From the NCBI GenBank assembly GCA_950097015.1, contig CATNEN010000038.1, forward strand, positions 18,662,001 to 18,726,000: a DNA stretch of 64,000 nt, read 5' to 3'. Source of the stretch: Macrostomum hystrix (Eukaryota > Animalia > Platyhelminthes). Positions 47,101 to 60,290 of this stretch are shown here, piece after piece. The translations under genes and the position numbers were made by a program. Within the stretch, counting starts at the first letter, position 1; each line of letters begins with the position of its first letter. Under the pieces are notes generated by a model, which ran no database searches, was not told where the DNA came from, and saw only the letters and a program-made list of their open reading frames with translations.

Positions 47101-49832
47101 GAGGGAGGATAAGGTGGTGTGAGAGATAGGAGAGGGAGGATGAGGTGGTGTGAGAGATGGGAGAGGGAGGATGAGGTGGTGTGAGAGATGGGAGAGGGAG
47201 GATGAGGTGGTGTGAGAGATGGGAGAGGGAGGATGAGGTGGTGTGAGAGATGGGAGAGGGAGGATGAGGTGGTGTGAGAGATGGGAGAGGGAGGATGAGG
47301 TGGGTGAGAGAGACGAGAGGGAGGATGAGGTGGTGTGAGAGATGGGAGAGGGAGGATGAGGTGGTGTGAGAGAGACGAGAGGGAGGATGAGGTGGTGTGA
47401 GAGAGACGAGAGGGAGGAAGGAGCAATTTTATCTTCTATTCGTATTATCATATGAAAGTGTTCGCTGGTTGAGAATAGTCTGCAAATGAGAGATTAATCA
47501 AGAGAGCCATTAATAAAAAATCCACTAAGTGCTACGGTGGCCAATAAAAGGAAGCTGCAGGTTAAAGAAAAATAATCAGCCGAAGCAGCAGTCAATCATT
47601 TTTGCTTCTATTATTATCCCAGCTTTAATCAACAGAACCTGCACACATGTGCATTGACATAGAGAGCATTAGTTTGAAATCAGTCACTCAGGCACATGGG
47701 ATTGCAGCGATTCCTGATTCTCAATCAATCAGCGAGGCGTCAGACAGATGTTAGTCTGCACTGCCTCCGCGTTGTCAGGCTTCTCTTAAAGAACTTTTGG
47801 TTTAAGGTAATCTTCTGTAAAGCACGTTTCTATTGCTGGAAAATCTTAATTGAAAAGGTGCTATTTTGGGCAATGCAAACCTCAAAGTCGCCGCTAATTA
47901 AAAGATAAGCGGCACTTTTTGGCTTATCAGATTGGCCTCTCAAACCACTTAGTGGCGGCACATCAAAGGATGAATGCGTTCAGGTGTTTTTTCTCCGTAT
48001 CTAAAACAATTTAGAGGCGGCACATCAAAATATTAGTGTACTGAGTTTTTTATTGTCCTCCTTAACACTTCGCAGTCGGCACATCATTTGATGAATATCT
48101 TTAATTGGCTCTTAACAGTTGGAACAACACGGGGCTATTTCATATACCAAATTAGGGGTATCTCCCAAAATATTCAACTTAATTTTAAGTCATTTTTAAG
48201 TTAATTTTGACGATGCTGAATGTTTTGAAACAGCTTTAAAAGTTAGTTCACGGTGGACTTTCTCGAAAATCGGTCATTCGGTTTGGGAGCTGTCGTTGAA
48301 CAGGAAGTGGGTCTTTGAAATTGCCGTGGTCTTTCCACAGGGTGAAAAATATCGTTGTCTTTCTACTGCTAAACACCCGAGAGGTGGTATATTAAATGAT
48401 GAATATTTTGACGTGTTTTTGGCCTCTCAAACTTGTATCAGATTTGGTTGCAAAATAGACTTGCAACCAATCCATTAACCCTCGCAGCTGCCGAGATTAC
48501 CCGGACCGTTGGCCCTGCGGCACCAGGATCTTCCCGTACATCCAGGGCTTCCTTGCCTACCTGGGCGTCTACCTGACCAGCACTGTGAACTTCACGCTGC
48601 AGACGGTGTGCGCCTGGCTCACCGTCATCTTGGGCGTTGAGCGCTACCTGGCCATGAAGTACTTCCACTTCAGGCGCACCCGCTGCCACCGCACCGACAC
48701 TAAATTGACGATCGTCATCGTGTGCACCGTCGGGCTGCTTTTCAACCTGCCGAACTCATTCCACTCGCGCATTGTGAGTCGCAAGCGCCAGCATCCGATC
48801 AGCAACGTCTCCAGCAGCTACATCAGCATCGAGCAGACTCAATTCGGAAGCTCCGTCGACTACAGCGTGTATTCAATCCTTAAGCTGGGCCTCTCAGCCA
48901 TTGTGCCGTTCATTCTGCTGGCCGTCAATAACACCTTGCTGCTCTACCTGGTGCTCAACCATCAGCGCAAGAGCTATGCCAACAGGCAGAAATACCTGGC
49001 TGTCAAGCGCGCCTCCAAGGTGCTGCAGGCGTCGCTGAACCGAATCCAAGCGCAGAAGAACCTAACGATCCTGCTCATTGTGGTCATCTTCGTGTTCCTG
49101 ATTGGCCAGGTGCCCAGGTCGCTGCTGCTGAAGGACATTTTCTCCTACATCTACTCCGGCTGTCCGTGCGGCAACCGTCTGCTGTGGGTTTGCTGCCCAA
49201 TGTACCGACGGCTGCACCCGATCTGCGAGATCGTCTACCTGCTCTGCCTTAACATGAACTTCTTTATCTACGTTTCCTTGAACAAGCACTTCCGGTCGCA
49301 CATCCGGCTGTGCCTGCCACCCTGTCTGCAGATCTGCCAGCGCGTCCGCGGCCACAACTTTGACAACGGACCAGCCGGAGCTGCTGCCGGCACCGCTGCC
49401 GCGGCAGCTGTAGCCGCAGCCGCAGCAGCGGAGGGAGCGCGCGACATCCCCCTGGACTTGTTCTCAGCTGCCGGCGGCACAACCTGCGACTGCAGCCAGC
49501 CGCAGGACGAGGCGGATGCCCTGAACGACCATCCAATGTATCACCTGCATGCAAAGACGTCGCCACCGCAGCCGCAGCCGCTCGCCCAGGCCCGCTGCAT
49601 GACTCCTACGCCGCCGAACATCATCTACGAGATTCCTGCTCACGGCAGCCCCACAGCCCAGCGGCGCCACTCGTGTGTAGCGCTGAGCCAGCAGCTGGCC
49701 AACTCCGTGCTCCACAACATGCTGCATGACCATCCGGCTGCAGGTGCTGCGAAGCCCGACGACGGATTCGGACCGAGGGAGGAGCTGGACGACCTGCTAG
49801 GCCGTAGGACAGTGATGGTCAGTCAGCTGTGA
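44143..49832 (+). CDS. Class A GPCR, FMRFamide/myosuppressin/sex-peptide-receptor-like (~555 aa); exons 44143-44465, 48488-49832
   Basis: N-glycosylation sequons NLT/NVT, TM1 GLALN, TM2 AISLVD, TM3 GVERYLAM, TM5 VPF..L..NN, TM6 FLIGQVP, TM7 NMNFFIYVSLNKHFR. Phase-2 GT-AG intron 44466-48487 keeps frame. Confidence 0.9.
44475..45135 (+). repeat. 33-bp minisatellite (gtgatggaatggattgctagcctagcccattt.) x~20
   Basis: Begins ~9 nt after donor 44466. Confidence 0.97.
45610..46885. repeat. Polypyrimidine (CT) tract interrupted by three inverted units of the 44475 array (46030-46128)
   Basis: Directly visible. Confidence 0.95.
46905..47420. repeat. 31-bp purine-rich minisatellite (ggtgtgagagatgggagagggaggatgaggt)
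   Basis: Directly visible. Confidence 0.95.
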
Positions 49833-50029
49833 CTGCTGGACTGATTCCGATAATTTGTCTGTTATCGGCTTTCTTGTTCGGCAATGAAAATCCAGTCCAG
49901 GCGCTGAGGAGAGCTCTGGAATTTGAAAAAATCTTCGAAACTCATTCTCTACTTAGACTAGATGTCGGCAAACTTCAGCCAGTTGGCTAGATGCGGCCCA
50001 TATAGCTCCTGAACCTTCCAACACCTCTC

Positions 50030-50448
50030 CGACGTCTCATCTCTCCTGATGTCTCATCTCTCCCGTGTCTCATCTCTCCCGTGTCTCATCTCTCCTGATG
50101 TCTCATCTCTCCCGTGTCTTATCTCTCCCGTGTCTCATCTCTCCCGTGTCTCATCTCTCCCGTGTCTCATCTCTCCCGTGTCTCATCTCTCCCGTGTCTC
50201 ATCTCTCCCGTGTCTCATCTCTCCCGTGTCTCATCTCTCCCGTGTCTCATCTCTCCCGTGTCTCATCTCTCCCGTGTCTCATCTCTCCCGTGTCTCATCT
50301 CTCTTGTGTCTCATCTCTCCCGTGGCTCATCTCCTCCGTGTCTCATCTCTTCCGTGTCTCATCTCTTCCGTGTCTCATCTCTTCCGTGTCTCATCTCTTC
50401 CGTGTCTCATCTCTTCCGTGTCTCATCTCTTCCGTGTCTCATCTCTCC
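50030..50448. repeat. 16-bp minisatellite (tctcatctctcccgtg) x~26
   Basis: Directly visible. Confidence 0.97.
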
Positions 50449-50765
50449 TTTGTCAAAAGCCGTATCCAAAGCAAAAAGTGTAAAGACTCTGTAGAATGTC
50501 TAAGTACTTCAGTTTTATTATATTTCCTGTGTTGTCTTGTCATGTCAAGTGATGCGTCTACATTTTTGTGCAAACCTACATTTGAACATTTTTCATGCTC
50601 ATGCTCATTTTCATGATATGCATAGTTTTGGTCACTGTTTTCATTCAATTGTTCAAATTAAAAAGAATAACGCGGCAAAAATTCTGTAGCGACTCCTTGA
50701 ATTCACTGCTTCAAAATTTGCTCGTAGCTTTAAATTCAGCCGTCTCAACATCTTAAAAATATTTG

Positions 50766-52050
50766 GGAGAGGTGGGGTAGAATGGCAGGGCAGAGACAGA
50801 GGTGGGGTAGAATGGCAGGGCAGAGACAGAGGTGGGGTAGAATGGCCGGGCAGAGACAGAGGTAGGGTAGAATGGCAGGGCAGAGACAGAGGTGGGGTAG
50901 AATGGCCGGGCAGAGACAGAGGTGGGGTAGAATAGCCGGGCAGAGACAGAGGTGGGGTAGAATGGCAGGGCAGAGACAAAGGTGGGGTAGAATGGCAGGG
51001 CAGAGACAAAGGTGGGGTAGAATAGCAGGGCAGAGACAAAGGTGGGGTAGAATGGCAGGGGAGAGACAGAGCTTTGGTAGAATGGCAGGGGACAGACAGA
51101 GGTGCATGGGGTAGAATGACAGGGGAGAGACAGAGGTGGAGTAGAATGGCTGGGGAGAGACAGAGGTGGAGTAGAATGGCTAGGGAGAGACAGAGGTGGA
51201 GTAGAATGGCTAGGGAGAGACAGAGGTGGAGTAGAATGGCTAGGGAGAGACAGAGGTGGAGTAGAATGGCTAGGGAGAGACAGAGGTGGAGTAGAATGGC
51301 TAGGGAGAGACAGAGGTGGAGTAGAATGGCTGGGGAGAGACAGAGGTGGAGTAGAATGGCTAGGGAGAGACAGAGGTGGAGTAGAATGGCTAGGGAGAGA
51401 CAGAGGTGGGGTAGAATGGCTGGGGAGAGACAGAGGTGGAGTAGAATGGCTGGGGAGAGACAGAGGTAGGGTAGAATGGCTAGGGAGAGACAGGGGTGGA
51501 GTAGAATGGCTGGGGAGAGACAGAGGTGGGGTAGAATGACTAGGGAGAGACAGGGGTGGAGTAGAATGGCTAGGGAGAGACAGAGGTGCATGGAGTAGAA
51601 TGGCTGGGGAGAGACACAGGTGGAGTAGAATGGCTGGGGAGAGACACAGGTGGGGTAGAATGACTGGGGAGAGACACAGGTGGAGTAGAATGGCTGGGGA
51701 GAGACACAGGTGGAGTGGAATGGCTGGGGAGTGACAGAGGTGGGGTAGAAGGCTGGGAAGATACACAGGTGGAGTAGAATGGCTGGGGAGAGACACAGGT
51801 GGAGTAGAATGGCTGGGGAGAGACACAGGTGGAGTGGAATGGCTGGGGAGTGACAGAGGTGGGGTTGAAGGCTGGGAAGATACACAGGTGGAGTAGAATG
51901 GCTGGGGAGAGACAGAGGTGGGGTAGAATGGCTGGGAAGAGACAGAGGTGGGGTAGAATGGCTGGGGAGAGACAGAGGTGGGGTAGAATGACTGGGGAGA
52001 GACAGAGCTTGGGTAGAATGACTGGGGAGAGACAGAGGTAGGGTAGAAAG
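50766..52050. repeat. 30-bp minisatellite (gagacagaggtggggtagaatggc.ggg.a) x~43
   Basis: Directly visible; variants form successive blocks. Confidence 0.97.
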
Positions 52051-52727
52051 TCTGTGGAGAGTGGCAGGTTGAATCGACGCAGGTTAGAATGAATGATGGA
52101 GATAAATGATACAGATATTAAAAAGTGAGCATAATACTCAATCGGAGTTTTTTACAGGTGAATTTGAGAACAGAGTTAAGTTGAATTAGAAACAGAGGCA
52201 GGGAGAGAAGGCAATTTGGCTCGATGAATAAGAGCGAAGGCAGAGAAAAGTACTAGCTGACTGGGGCTCTGCCTACTGATTGGGATTTATCAAGAAAGTC
52301 TTGGATGCTTCTGCTAGACGCGCCCTTGCAGTGTGTGTTTGCCTTGCGAACCCCAATTGAGCCACTAGTGCTATCGACGGCAGCAGCAGCAGCTGGGCGC
52401 TCCAATCAATAGGCATGTCTGCTCCTAGGTCTGAGAGTGAGTCGCTCTCCCCAACAACTCCCCAGTGCCAACATCATAATCTGCTGCCAGCATTTTTAAC
52501 TAGACGAAACTGGAACAGGAATTTTTGGCTAAGCAGTGCCCGTCTGTTACAATGTTTCATTGGCTGCAGCATACAATGACAGCAGCTTTGAAGTCGGCAC
52601 TGCTCTATTGAACTATTGTTCAATGCCATAAATTAAAGATATTGATGTTTTCAATTTTTATTTTTTCCTCTTTCTCTTCCTATCTCTATTGCTTCAGTTT
52701 TATTCTAAATTTTAAGGTATCTTTTAA

Positions 52728-53240
52728 TCTTCTCCTCTTCTGTGTCTTCTCCCCTCTTTTGTGTCTTCTCCCCTCTGTGTCGTCTCCCCTTCGTTTCTTC
52801 TCCTCTTCTGTGTCTTCTCCCCTCTTCTCCCCTCTCCTCTGTGTCTTCTTCTCCTCTGTGACTTCTTCTTCTCTGTGTCTTCTTCTCCTCTGTGACTTCT
52901 TCTCCTCTGTGTCTTCTCCCCCAGTGTCTTCTCCCCTTCGTGTCTTCTCCCCTTCGTGTCTTCTCCACTTCTGTGTCTACTCTTCTGTGTCTTCCCCTCC
53001 TCTGTGTCTTCTCCTCCTCTGTGTCTTCTCCCCCCAGTGTCTTCTTCTCCTCTGTGTCTTCTCCCTTTCGTGTCTTCCCCTCCTCTGTGTCGTCTCCTCC
53101 TCATTGTCTTCTCCTCCTCTGTGTCGTCTCCTCCTCATTGTCTTCTCCTCCTCTGTGTCTTCTCCTCCACTGTGTCTTCTCCTCCTCTGTGTCTTCTCCT
53201 CCTCTGTGTCGTCTCCTCCTCTGTGTCTTCCCTCTTTCTC
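52728..53240. repeat. Degenerate CT-rich ~17-bp repeat (tctcctcctctgtgtct)
   Basis: Directly visible. Confidence 0.9.
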
Positions 53241-53256
53241 TCAACCATCCATCTCA

Positions 53257-53585
53257 GGGGTGAGTGGCAGAGCGGTCTAACGCATTTGCCTCTCGCACCA
53301 AGGTCCCTGAGCTCGATTGCGCGGCAAAACCACATTCATTTGGGGCTCAGCCGCGGAGAGAAGGCTTGGGGGCTTGTCGTGCAATTGACGCCATTGAGGG
53401 CCAATTTCCAAGGCACAATGAGAGTGCACACTGCCTGACGATGAGAATGTCATAGCACATGTACTCGTACATACTTGTATGAGCGTCAGCGAAATGGGCA
53501 GAATTGCCTCGTCGCTGGCTGCGGGTCTAGTGTCACCAGTTGATGTGCCATTACCCGCAGCCCTCCTGCAATTACGAGTATTATT
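53257..53585 (+). mobile_element. SINE family A, apparently full length (~330 bp, tRNA-derived head)
   Basis: A-box TGGCAGAGCGG, degenerate B-box GAGCTCGATTGC, shared body, (TTA)-like tail; five copies in the window. Confidence 0.85.
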
Positions 53586-54132
53586 GTAACCCATTCATCT
53601 CCTTCTCTGTCCTAGAAAGTAGCAAGCACTGTACTTTTCCTGTCTGAGCTGCACAGATTATCATCAGATAAAAAGTGCTAGCAGATATTCTCATTTGGCC
53701 TGGTCGAGCCAACTGGTGCGTGTCTTGTCAGACTACCCTAAGGCGATTCATTATAACTGGAGTAACGTCTTCACTACTTATTAACTTTTTTAGTGTGTAT
53801 TTATTCTTTTATTGGCCAGCTGGTGACTATAGGGGTTTACGATCAATTTATTTTGGCTTTTACGTGATCTAATTGGATGCCAATCGGTAGTGGCAGCAAA
53901 GCTTCTCTATAGTGTGGTCGCATTTTCTAAACTATTGATCATGGCAAGAATAAATAATAGTGCATGCCTAGCTACCGTATTTGATAATAAATAGATTGCG
54001 ATTAGAAATGAAGAAGCATAATAAGATAATAAAATATCTTACTGAGTAAAATACTAAGAGAAGGAGAGAGCCAAAGAAACAGATTGAAATAGGTAGAGAG
54101 GGAGAGGGAGTGAAAGAGGAAAAAAGGATGGA

Positions 54133-54702
54133 CGTGAGAGGGTGAGAGGGTGAGAGGGTTAGAGGGTGAGAGGGTGAGAAGGTGTGAGGGTGAGAAGGTG
54201 AGAAGGTGTGAGGGTGAGAGGGTGAGAAGGTGAGAGGGTGTGAGGGTGTGAGGTTGAGAGGGTGAGAAGGTGTGAGGGTGAGCGGGTGAGAGGGTGTGAG
54301 GGTGAGAGGGTGAGAAGGTGTGAGGGTGAGAGGGTGAGAGGGTGAGAGGGTGTGAGGGACAGAGGTAGGGTGAGAGGGACAGAGGTAGGGTGAGAGGGAC
54401 AGAGGTAGGGTGAGAGGGACAGAGGTAGGGTGAGAGGGACAGAGGTAGGGTGAGAGGGACAGAGGTAGGGTGAGAGGGACAGAGGTAGGGTGAGAGGGAC
54501 AGAGGTAGGGTGAGAGGGACAGAGGTAGGGTGAGAGGGACAGAGGTAGGGAGAGAGGTAGGGTGAGAGGGAGAGGTAGGGTGAGAGGGACAGAGGTAGGG
54601 TGAGAGGGACAGAGGTAGGGAGAGAGGTAGGGTGAGAGGGACTGAGGTAGGGTGAGAGGGACAGAGGTAGGGTGAGAGGGACTGAGGTAGGGAGGGTGAG
54701 AG
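54133..54702. repeat. (GAGAGGGT)n grading into 20-bp unit (agaggtagggtgagagggac)
   Basis: Directly visible. Confidence 0.95.
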
Positions 54703-55159
54703 CTAGAGCGAGAAATGGAAAAAGTGAAGGAGGAATATGTTAAGAGTAGAAACTTGGCAAGCGGAAAAGATAGAGGCAATATAGTGATTATGTGTGTCAG
54801 AATAATTTATTTTAATAATCTTCCCGGTAATCAATATCGCTGCACAGTTGCCATTTATCGAAGAGTACATTCCTGGGTGATGTTAGGGCGTGCGCCTGAA
54901 GGATACCCTTTAGAGCATGTTCCTCGTTAAGAGGAAAAGATTGCCCAACAACTGGTCGAGCACTAGTTTCGTCAGAGGTACTGCTTATTGGCTGCATCCT
55001 TTCCCGCTCATTAAATAAGTAAGCGATCGAATTTCAGTGCCGTCATAACACAACTTCACTGACTAGATCGATGAGCGACCATCTATGCAGTCTACCAGCC
55101 TTTAGTCCGATGCATTTCAAACTGGTTTCATCCAGTCAGCATATTTTATCTAGTTCTAG

Positions 55160-56095
55160 TTCTATTTAACTAGATTTCACTGTCTGTAATGCGTTCAATT
55201 TAACTAGATTTCACTGTCTGTAATGCGTTCTATTTAACTAGATTTCACTGTCTGTAATGCATTCTATTTACCTAGTTTTCACTGTCTGTAATGCGTTCTA
55301 TTTAACTAGATTTCACTGTCTGTAATGCGTTCTATTTAACTAGATTTCACTGTCTGTAATGCGTTCTATTTAACTAGATTTCACTGTCTGTAATGCGTTC
55401 TATTTAACTAGATTTCACTGTCTGTAATGCGTTCTATTTAACTAGATTTCACTGTCTGTAATGCGTTCTATTTAACTAGATTTCACTGTCTGTAATGCGT
55501 TCTATTTACCCAGATTTCACTGTCTGTAATGCGTTCTATTTAACTAGATTTCACTGTCTGTAATGCGTTCTATTTAACTAGATTTCACTGTCTGTAATGC
55601 GTTCTATTTAACTAGATTTCACTGTCTGTAATGCGTTCTATTTAACTAGATTTCACTGTCTGTAATGCGTTCTATTTAACTAGATTTCACTGTCTGTAAT
55701 GCGTTCTATTTAACTAGATTTCACTGTCTGTAATGCGTTCTATTTAACTAGATTTCACTGTCTGTAATGCGTTCTATTTAACTAGATTTCAATGTCTGTA
55801 ATGTGTTTTTATACCCAGATTTCACTGTCTGTAATGCGTTCGATTTACCTAGTTTTCACTGTCTGTAATGCGTTCTATTTAACTAGATTTCACTGTCTGT
55901 AATGCGTTCTATTTAACTAGATTTCACTGTCTGTAATGCGTTCTATTTAACTAGATTTCACTGTCTTTAATGCGTTCTATTTAACTAGATTTCACTGTCT
56001 GTAATGCGTTCTATTTACCTAGATTTCACTGTCTGTAATGCGTTCTATTTAACTAGATTTCACTGTCTGTAATGCGTTCTATTTACCTAGATTTT
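55160..56095. repeat. 34-bp minisatellite (tctatttaactagatttcactgtctgtaatgcgt) x~27
   Basis: Directly visible. Confidence 0.97.
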
Positions 56096-56869
56096 TGCGA
56101 GATGCCCGAATATAAATTGTATATATTCGGGTTCATATTAAAGCCAGTTCCACAGCTACTTTAACAGTCCTGTTTCATTTTGGCTACAAGTAGCTTTAAT
56201 CTAGCTTTGAGTTACATGCGATTAATTTTCCTTTGGATTGTGTAAAATGCATAGGCAGAGTCGGTTAAGTCCTTCTGTGGATGTAAGAAGACTCAATTCT
56301 GGGAATTGAAATTCAGTTTTTTTCCCCGAGACAGATCAGCTTCGGAATCGAGCCGCGTGCGATGCAGACAGACAGACAGGGTCGATTAGACAGCTCATCG
56401 AGTGGACCTTCGGTTGTGTAGACAGCACTGCATATAGCTGCTGCTGCCTGAAGTGCAATAATTAATCGATAATTGAAAAACCTACTGAATTATATAGAGG
56501 ATTTCTATGAGAAATTATTGGACACAGCGATACAGATACTAGTGCAACTGATAAGAAATCTGTGTATCTTCTTTACTGGAGAGAGTGGGAGTGTTTGGTG
56601 AGCTAGAGTCAGTTGGAGTAGGGATTTGATTAACTACAGTCAATCTGAGCATGAGCGGCTGTCAGATTATTTGAGAATTACTAAAGAGGCGAAATATATA
56701 TATAATGCCTTAAATCCTTAACTGCACTCTCATTAACCTCTGATAAGGCTAACATTCATTGTTACTATTTAATACTATTCATGTGCAAACAGAGTTCATT
56801 TTATTTATAAGTATTATTATGACAATCAGACATATTCCACTTATTCCCCTCATCTCCATATTTCTCTCA

Positions 56870-57675
56870 CTCGCATTCCTCTCACCTTTCTCTCACCTCT
56901 ATATTTCTCTCACCTCCACTTTCCTCTCACCCACCTTCCTCTCACCCACCTTCCTCTCACCTCTATATTTCTCTCACCTCCACTTTCCTCTCACCCACCT
57001 TCCTCTCACCCACCTTCCTCTCACCCACCTTCCTCTCACCCACCTTCCTCTCACCCACCTTCCTCTCACCCACCTTCCTCTCACCCACCTTCCTCTCACC
57101 CACCTTCCTCTCACCCACCTTCCTCTCACCCACCTTCCTCTCACCCACCTTCCTCTCACCCACCTTCCTCTCACCCACCTTCCTCTCACCCATCTTCCTC
57201 TCACCCATCTTTCTCTCACCAACCTTCCTCTCACCCATCTTTCTCTCACCCATCTTCCTCTCACCCACCTTCCTCTCACCCACCTTCCTCTCACCCACCT
57301 TCCTCTCACCCACCTTCCTCTCACCCATCTTTCTCTCACCCACCTTCCTCTCACCAACCTTCCTCTTACCCATCTTCCTCTTACCCACCTTCCTCTTACC
57401 CACCTTCCTCTTACCCACCTTCCTCTTACCCATCTTCCTCTTACCCATCTTCCTCTTACCCACCTTCCTCTTACCCACCTTCCTCTCATCCATCTTCCTC
57501 TCACCCATCTTTCTCTCACCCACCTTCCTCTCACCCACCTTCCTCTTACCCACCTTCCTCTTACCCACCTTCCTCTTACCCACCTTCCTCTTACCCACCT
57601 TCCTCTTACCCACCTTCCTCTCACCCACCTTCCTCTCATCCATCTTCCTCTTACCCATCTTTCTCTCACCAACCC
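56870..57675. repeat. 15-bp minisatellite (cacccaccttcctct) x~50
   Basis: Directly visible. Confidence 0.97.
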
Positions 57676-58061
57676 ACTCGCGTTGAATTCGCGTTCTGCC
57701 TAAAAAATAGATTCCAGTTGTCAGTACAGGCTGATCAGCTTGCATGAAATCCCGAATGTTTATGCTCAAGCAGCGCTATTGTTCTCTTTCCCAGAGATCT
57801 GTTTTGACAAACCTAAATTGCTCTCAGAGCTATAGTCAGTCGCTCAAACATTCGTTTAATATTTTCCAACCCGTATTGTTGTGACACTGAGAATCAAAAT
57901 AATGCACTGTTATTCTGCTTTGTACTTTTGAAGCCAAGCGAAATTGTGTGACAGTAGGAATACTCAATAATATGTATTACTTAAGCATGTTACTCTTCTC
58001 AAATATCCCATTCTATTCCTCTCGTTTCTCTCATTCTACTCCCTTTATCAAATCCCAAATC

Positions 58062-58715
58062 GTATCCCTCAACGAGATCTCCGATTCTATCCCTCAGAAA
58101 TCTCCGATTCTATCCCTCAGAAATCTCCGATTCCATCCCTCAGAAATCTCCCATTTTATCCCTCAGAAATCTCCCATTCTATCCCTTAGAAATCTCCGAT
58201 TCTATCCCTTAGAAATCTCCGATTCCATCCCTCAGAAATCTCCCATTCTATCCCTCAGAAATCTCCGATTCTATCCCTCAGAAATCTCCGATTCCATCCC
58301 TCAGAAATCTCCCATTCTATCCCTCAGAAATCTCCCATTCTATCCCTCAGAAATCTCCCATACTATCCCTCAGAAATCTCCGATTCTGTCCCTCAGAAAT
58401 CTCCCATTCTATCTCTCAGAAATCTCCTATTCTGTCCCTCAGAAATCTCCGATTCCATCCCTCAGAAATGTCCGATTCTATCCCTCAGAAATCTCCTATT
58501 CTGTCCCTCAGAAATCTCCCATTCTATCCGTCAGAAATCTCCCATTCTATCCCTCAGAAATCTCCGATTCTGTCCCTCAGAAATCTCCCATTCTATCCCT
58601 CAGAAATCTCCGATTCCATCCCTCAGAAATCTCCCATTCTATCCCTTAGAAATCTCCGATTCTATCCCTCAGAAATCTCCCATTCTATCCCTTAGAAATG
58701 TCCCATTCTATCCCC
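58062..58715. repeat. 23-bp minisatellite (ccctcagaaatctcccattctat) x~28
   Basis: Directly visible. Confidence 0.97.
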
Positions 58716-59363
58716 CGGCACTCTCCTCTTCTATCCGTCAATCGAAAGTTTCATTCTTTCCACTCAGTCAAGCATATTCCCCTCTTTTTTGTCTTCCCTT
58801 CTATCATTACCCGAAATCACTAATATCAAATTACGCATCTCAAATCGCGTCAATTATCTTGCTTCCGATTCGAACTGCCAAAATATGGGAAGAAATCAAG
58901 TATCAGATTTCTCCTATACTCAACCAGCTTTGGTCACAGAGATATGCCAAATTAGGTAAGGGGCGTGTTTTCAACTGTACATTATTATATTAAATTCTAT
59001 ATTCCAGTTTAGTCGACTGTGTCTTGTGTAGTACAATTCTGTTTTTTGCATTCTCATCCATTTTTAAGTGAGAATAATTTCGCTGTCAGCCATATTATCC
59101 CAGGTTTTCCATAAATGGCAATCTCGATGCAGTGCAGCCCTGCAGTCGATTGCCCCGCTTAGAAGCGAGAGTACAAATAACAATGAGTACGCTCACACTA
59201 ACTCACGACTTCTCACACCGGAGCAGACTGATGCAGGCAGCCACTTCACAAAAATGCTGCATAAATTCATTCTGCAATCCAAACCAACATGCCATCAAGT
59301 ATACGAGAAATGTACTAATCCTAGGAATGCTTCTACATTCTCCCTTTCCATTATTTATCTAAA

Positions 59364-60290
59364 TCTCAGTATCTACCTCTCAGTATCTACATTTGTCTAC
59401 CTCTCAGTATCTACATTTGTCTACCTCTCAGTATCTACATTTGTCTACCTCTCAGTATCTACATTTGTCTACCTCTCAGTATCTACCTCTCAGTATCTAC
59501 CTCTCAGTATCTACCTCCCAATACCAAGGAATCGGGATCAAGGAATCGGGATCAAGGGATCGGCATCAAGGGATCGGGATCAAGGGATTGGGATCAAGAG
59601 ATTGGGATCAAGGGATTGGGATCAAGGGATCAGGATCAAGGGATCGGGATCAAGGGATTGGGATCAAGGGATCAGGATCAAGGGATCGGGATCAAGGGAT
59701 TGGGATCAAGGGATTGGGATCAAGGGATTGGGATGAAGGGATTGGGATCAGGGGATTGTGATCAAGGGATCGGGATCAAGGGATCGGGATCAAGGTATCG
59801 GGATCAAGGGATTGGGATCAAGGGATCGGGATCAAGGGATCGGGATCAAGGGATTGGGATCAAGGGATTGGGATCAAGGGATTGGGATCAAGGGATCGGG
59901 ATCAAGGGATCGGGATCAAGGGATTGGGATCAAGGGATTGGGATCAAGGGATTGGGATCAAGGGATTGGGATCAGGGGATTCGGATCAAGGGATCGGGAT
60001 CAAGGGATCGGGATCAAGGTATCGGGATCAAGGGATTGGGATCAAGGGATTGGGATCAAGGGATTGGGATCAAGTGATCGGGATCAAGGTATCAGGATCA
60101 AGGGAACGGGATCAAGGGATCGGGATCAAGGAATTTGGATCAAGGGATCGGCATCAAGGTATCAGGATCAAGGTATCTGGATCAAGGGATTGGGATCAAG
60201 GGATTGGTATCAGGGGATTGGGATCAAGGGATCGGGATCAAAGGATCGGGATCAAGGGATCGGGATCAAGGAATCGGGAATCAAGGGATC
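59364..60290. repeat. Adjacent arrays: 14/24-bp (ctctcagtatctac[atttgtctac]) 59364-59518, then 14-bp (gggatcaagggatY) 59525-60290
   Basis: Directly visible. Confidence 0.95.

Noticed and set aside
53430-53520. Hammerhead ribozyme in SINE A (CTGACGA...CGAAA...GTC), by analogy with schistosome Sm-alpha
   Set aside because: Stems I and II do not pair convincingly, GAAA is GGAA and GTC is CTC in the 32835 copy, and CTGAC is sequestered in a hairpin in other copies.
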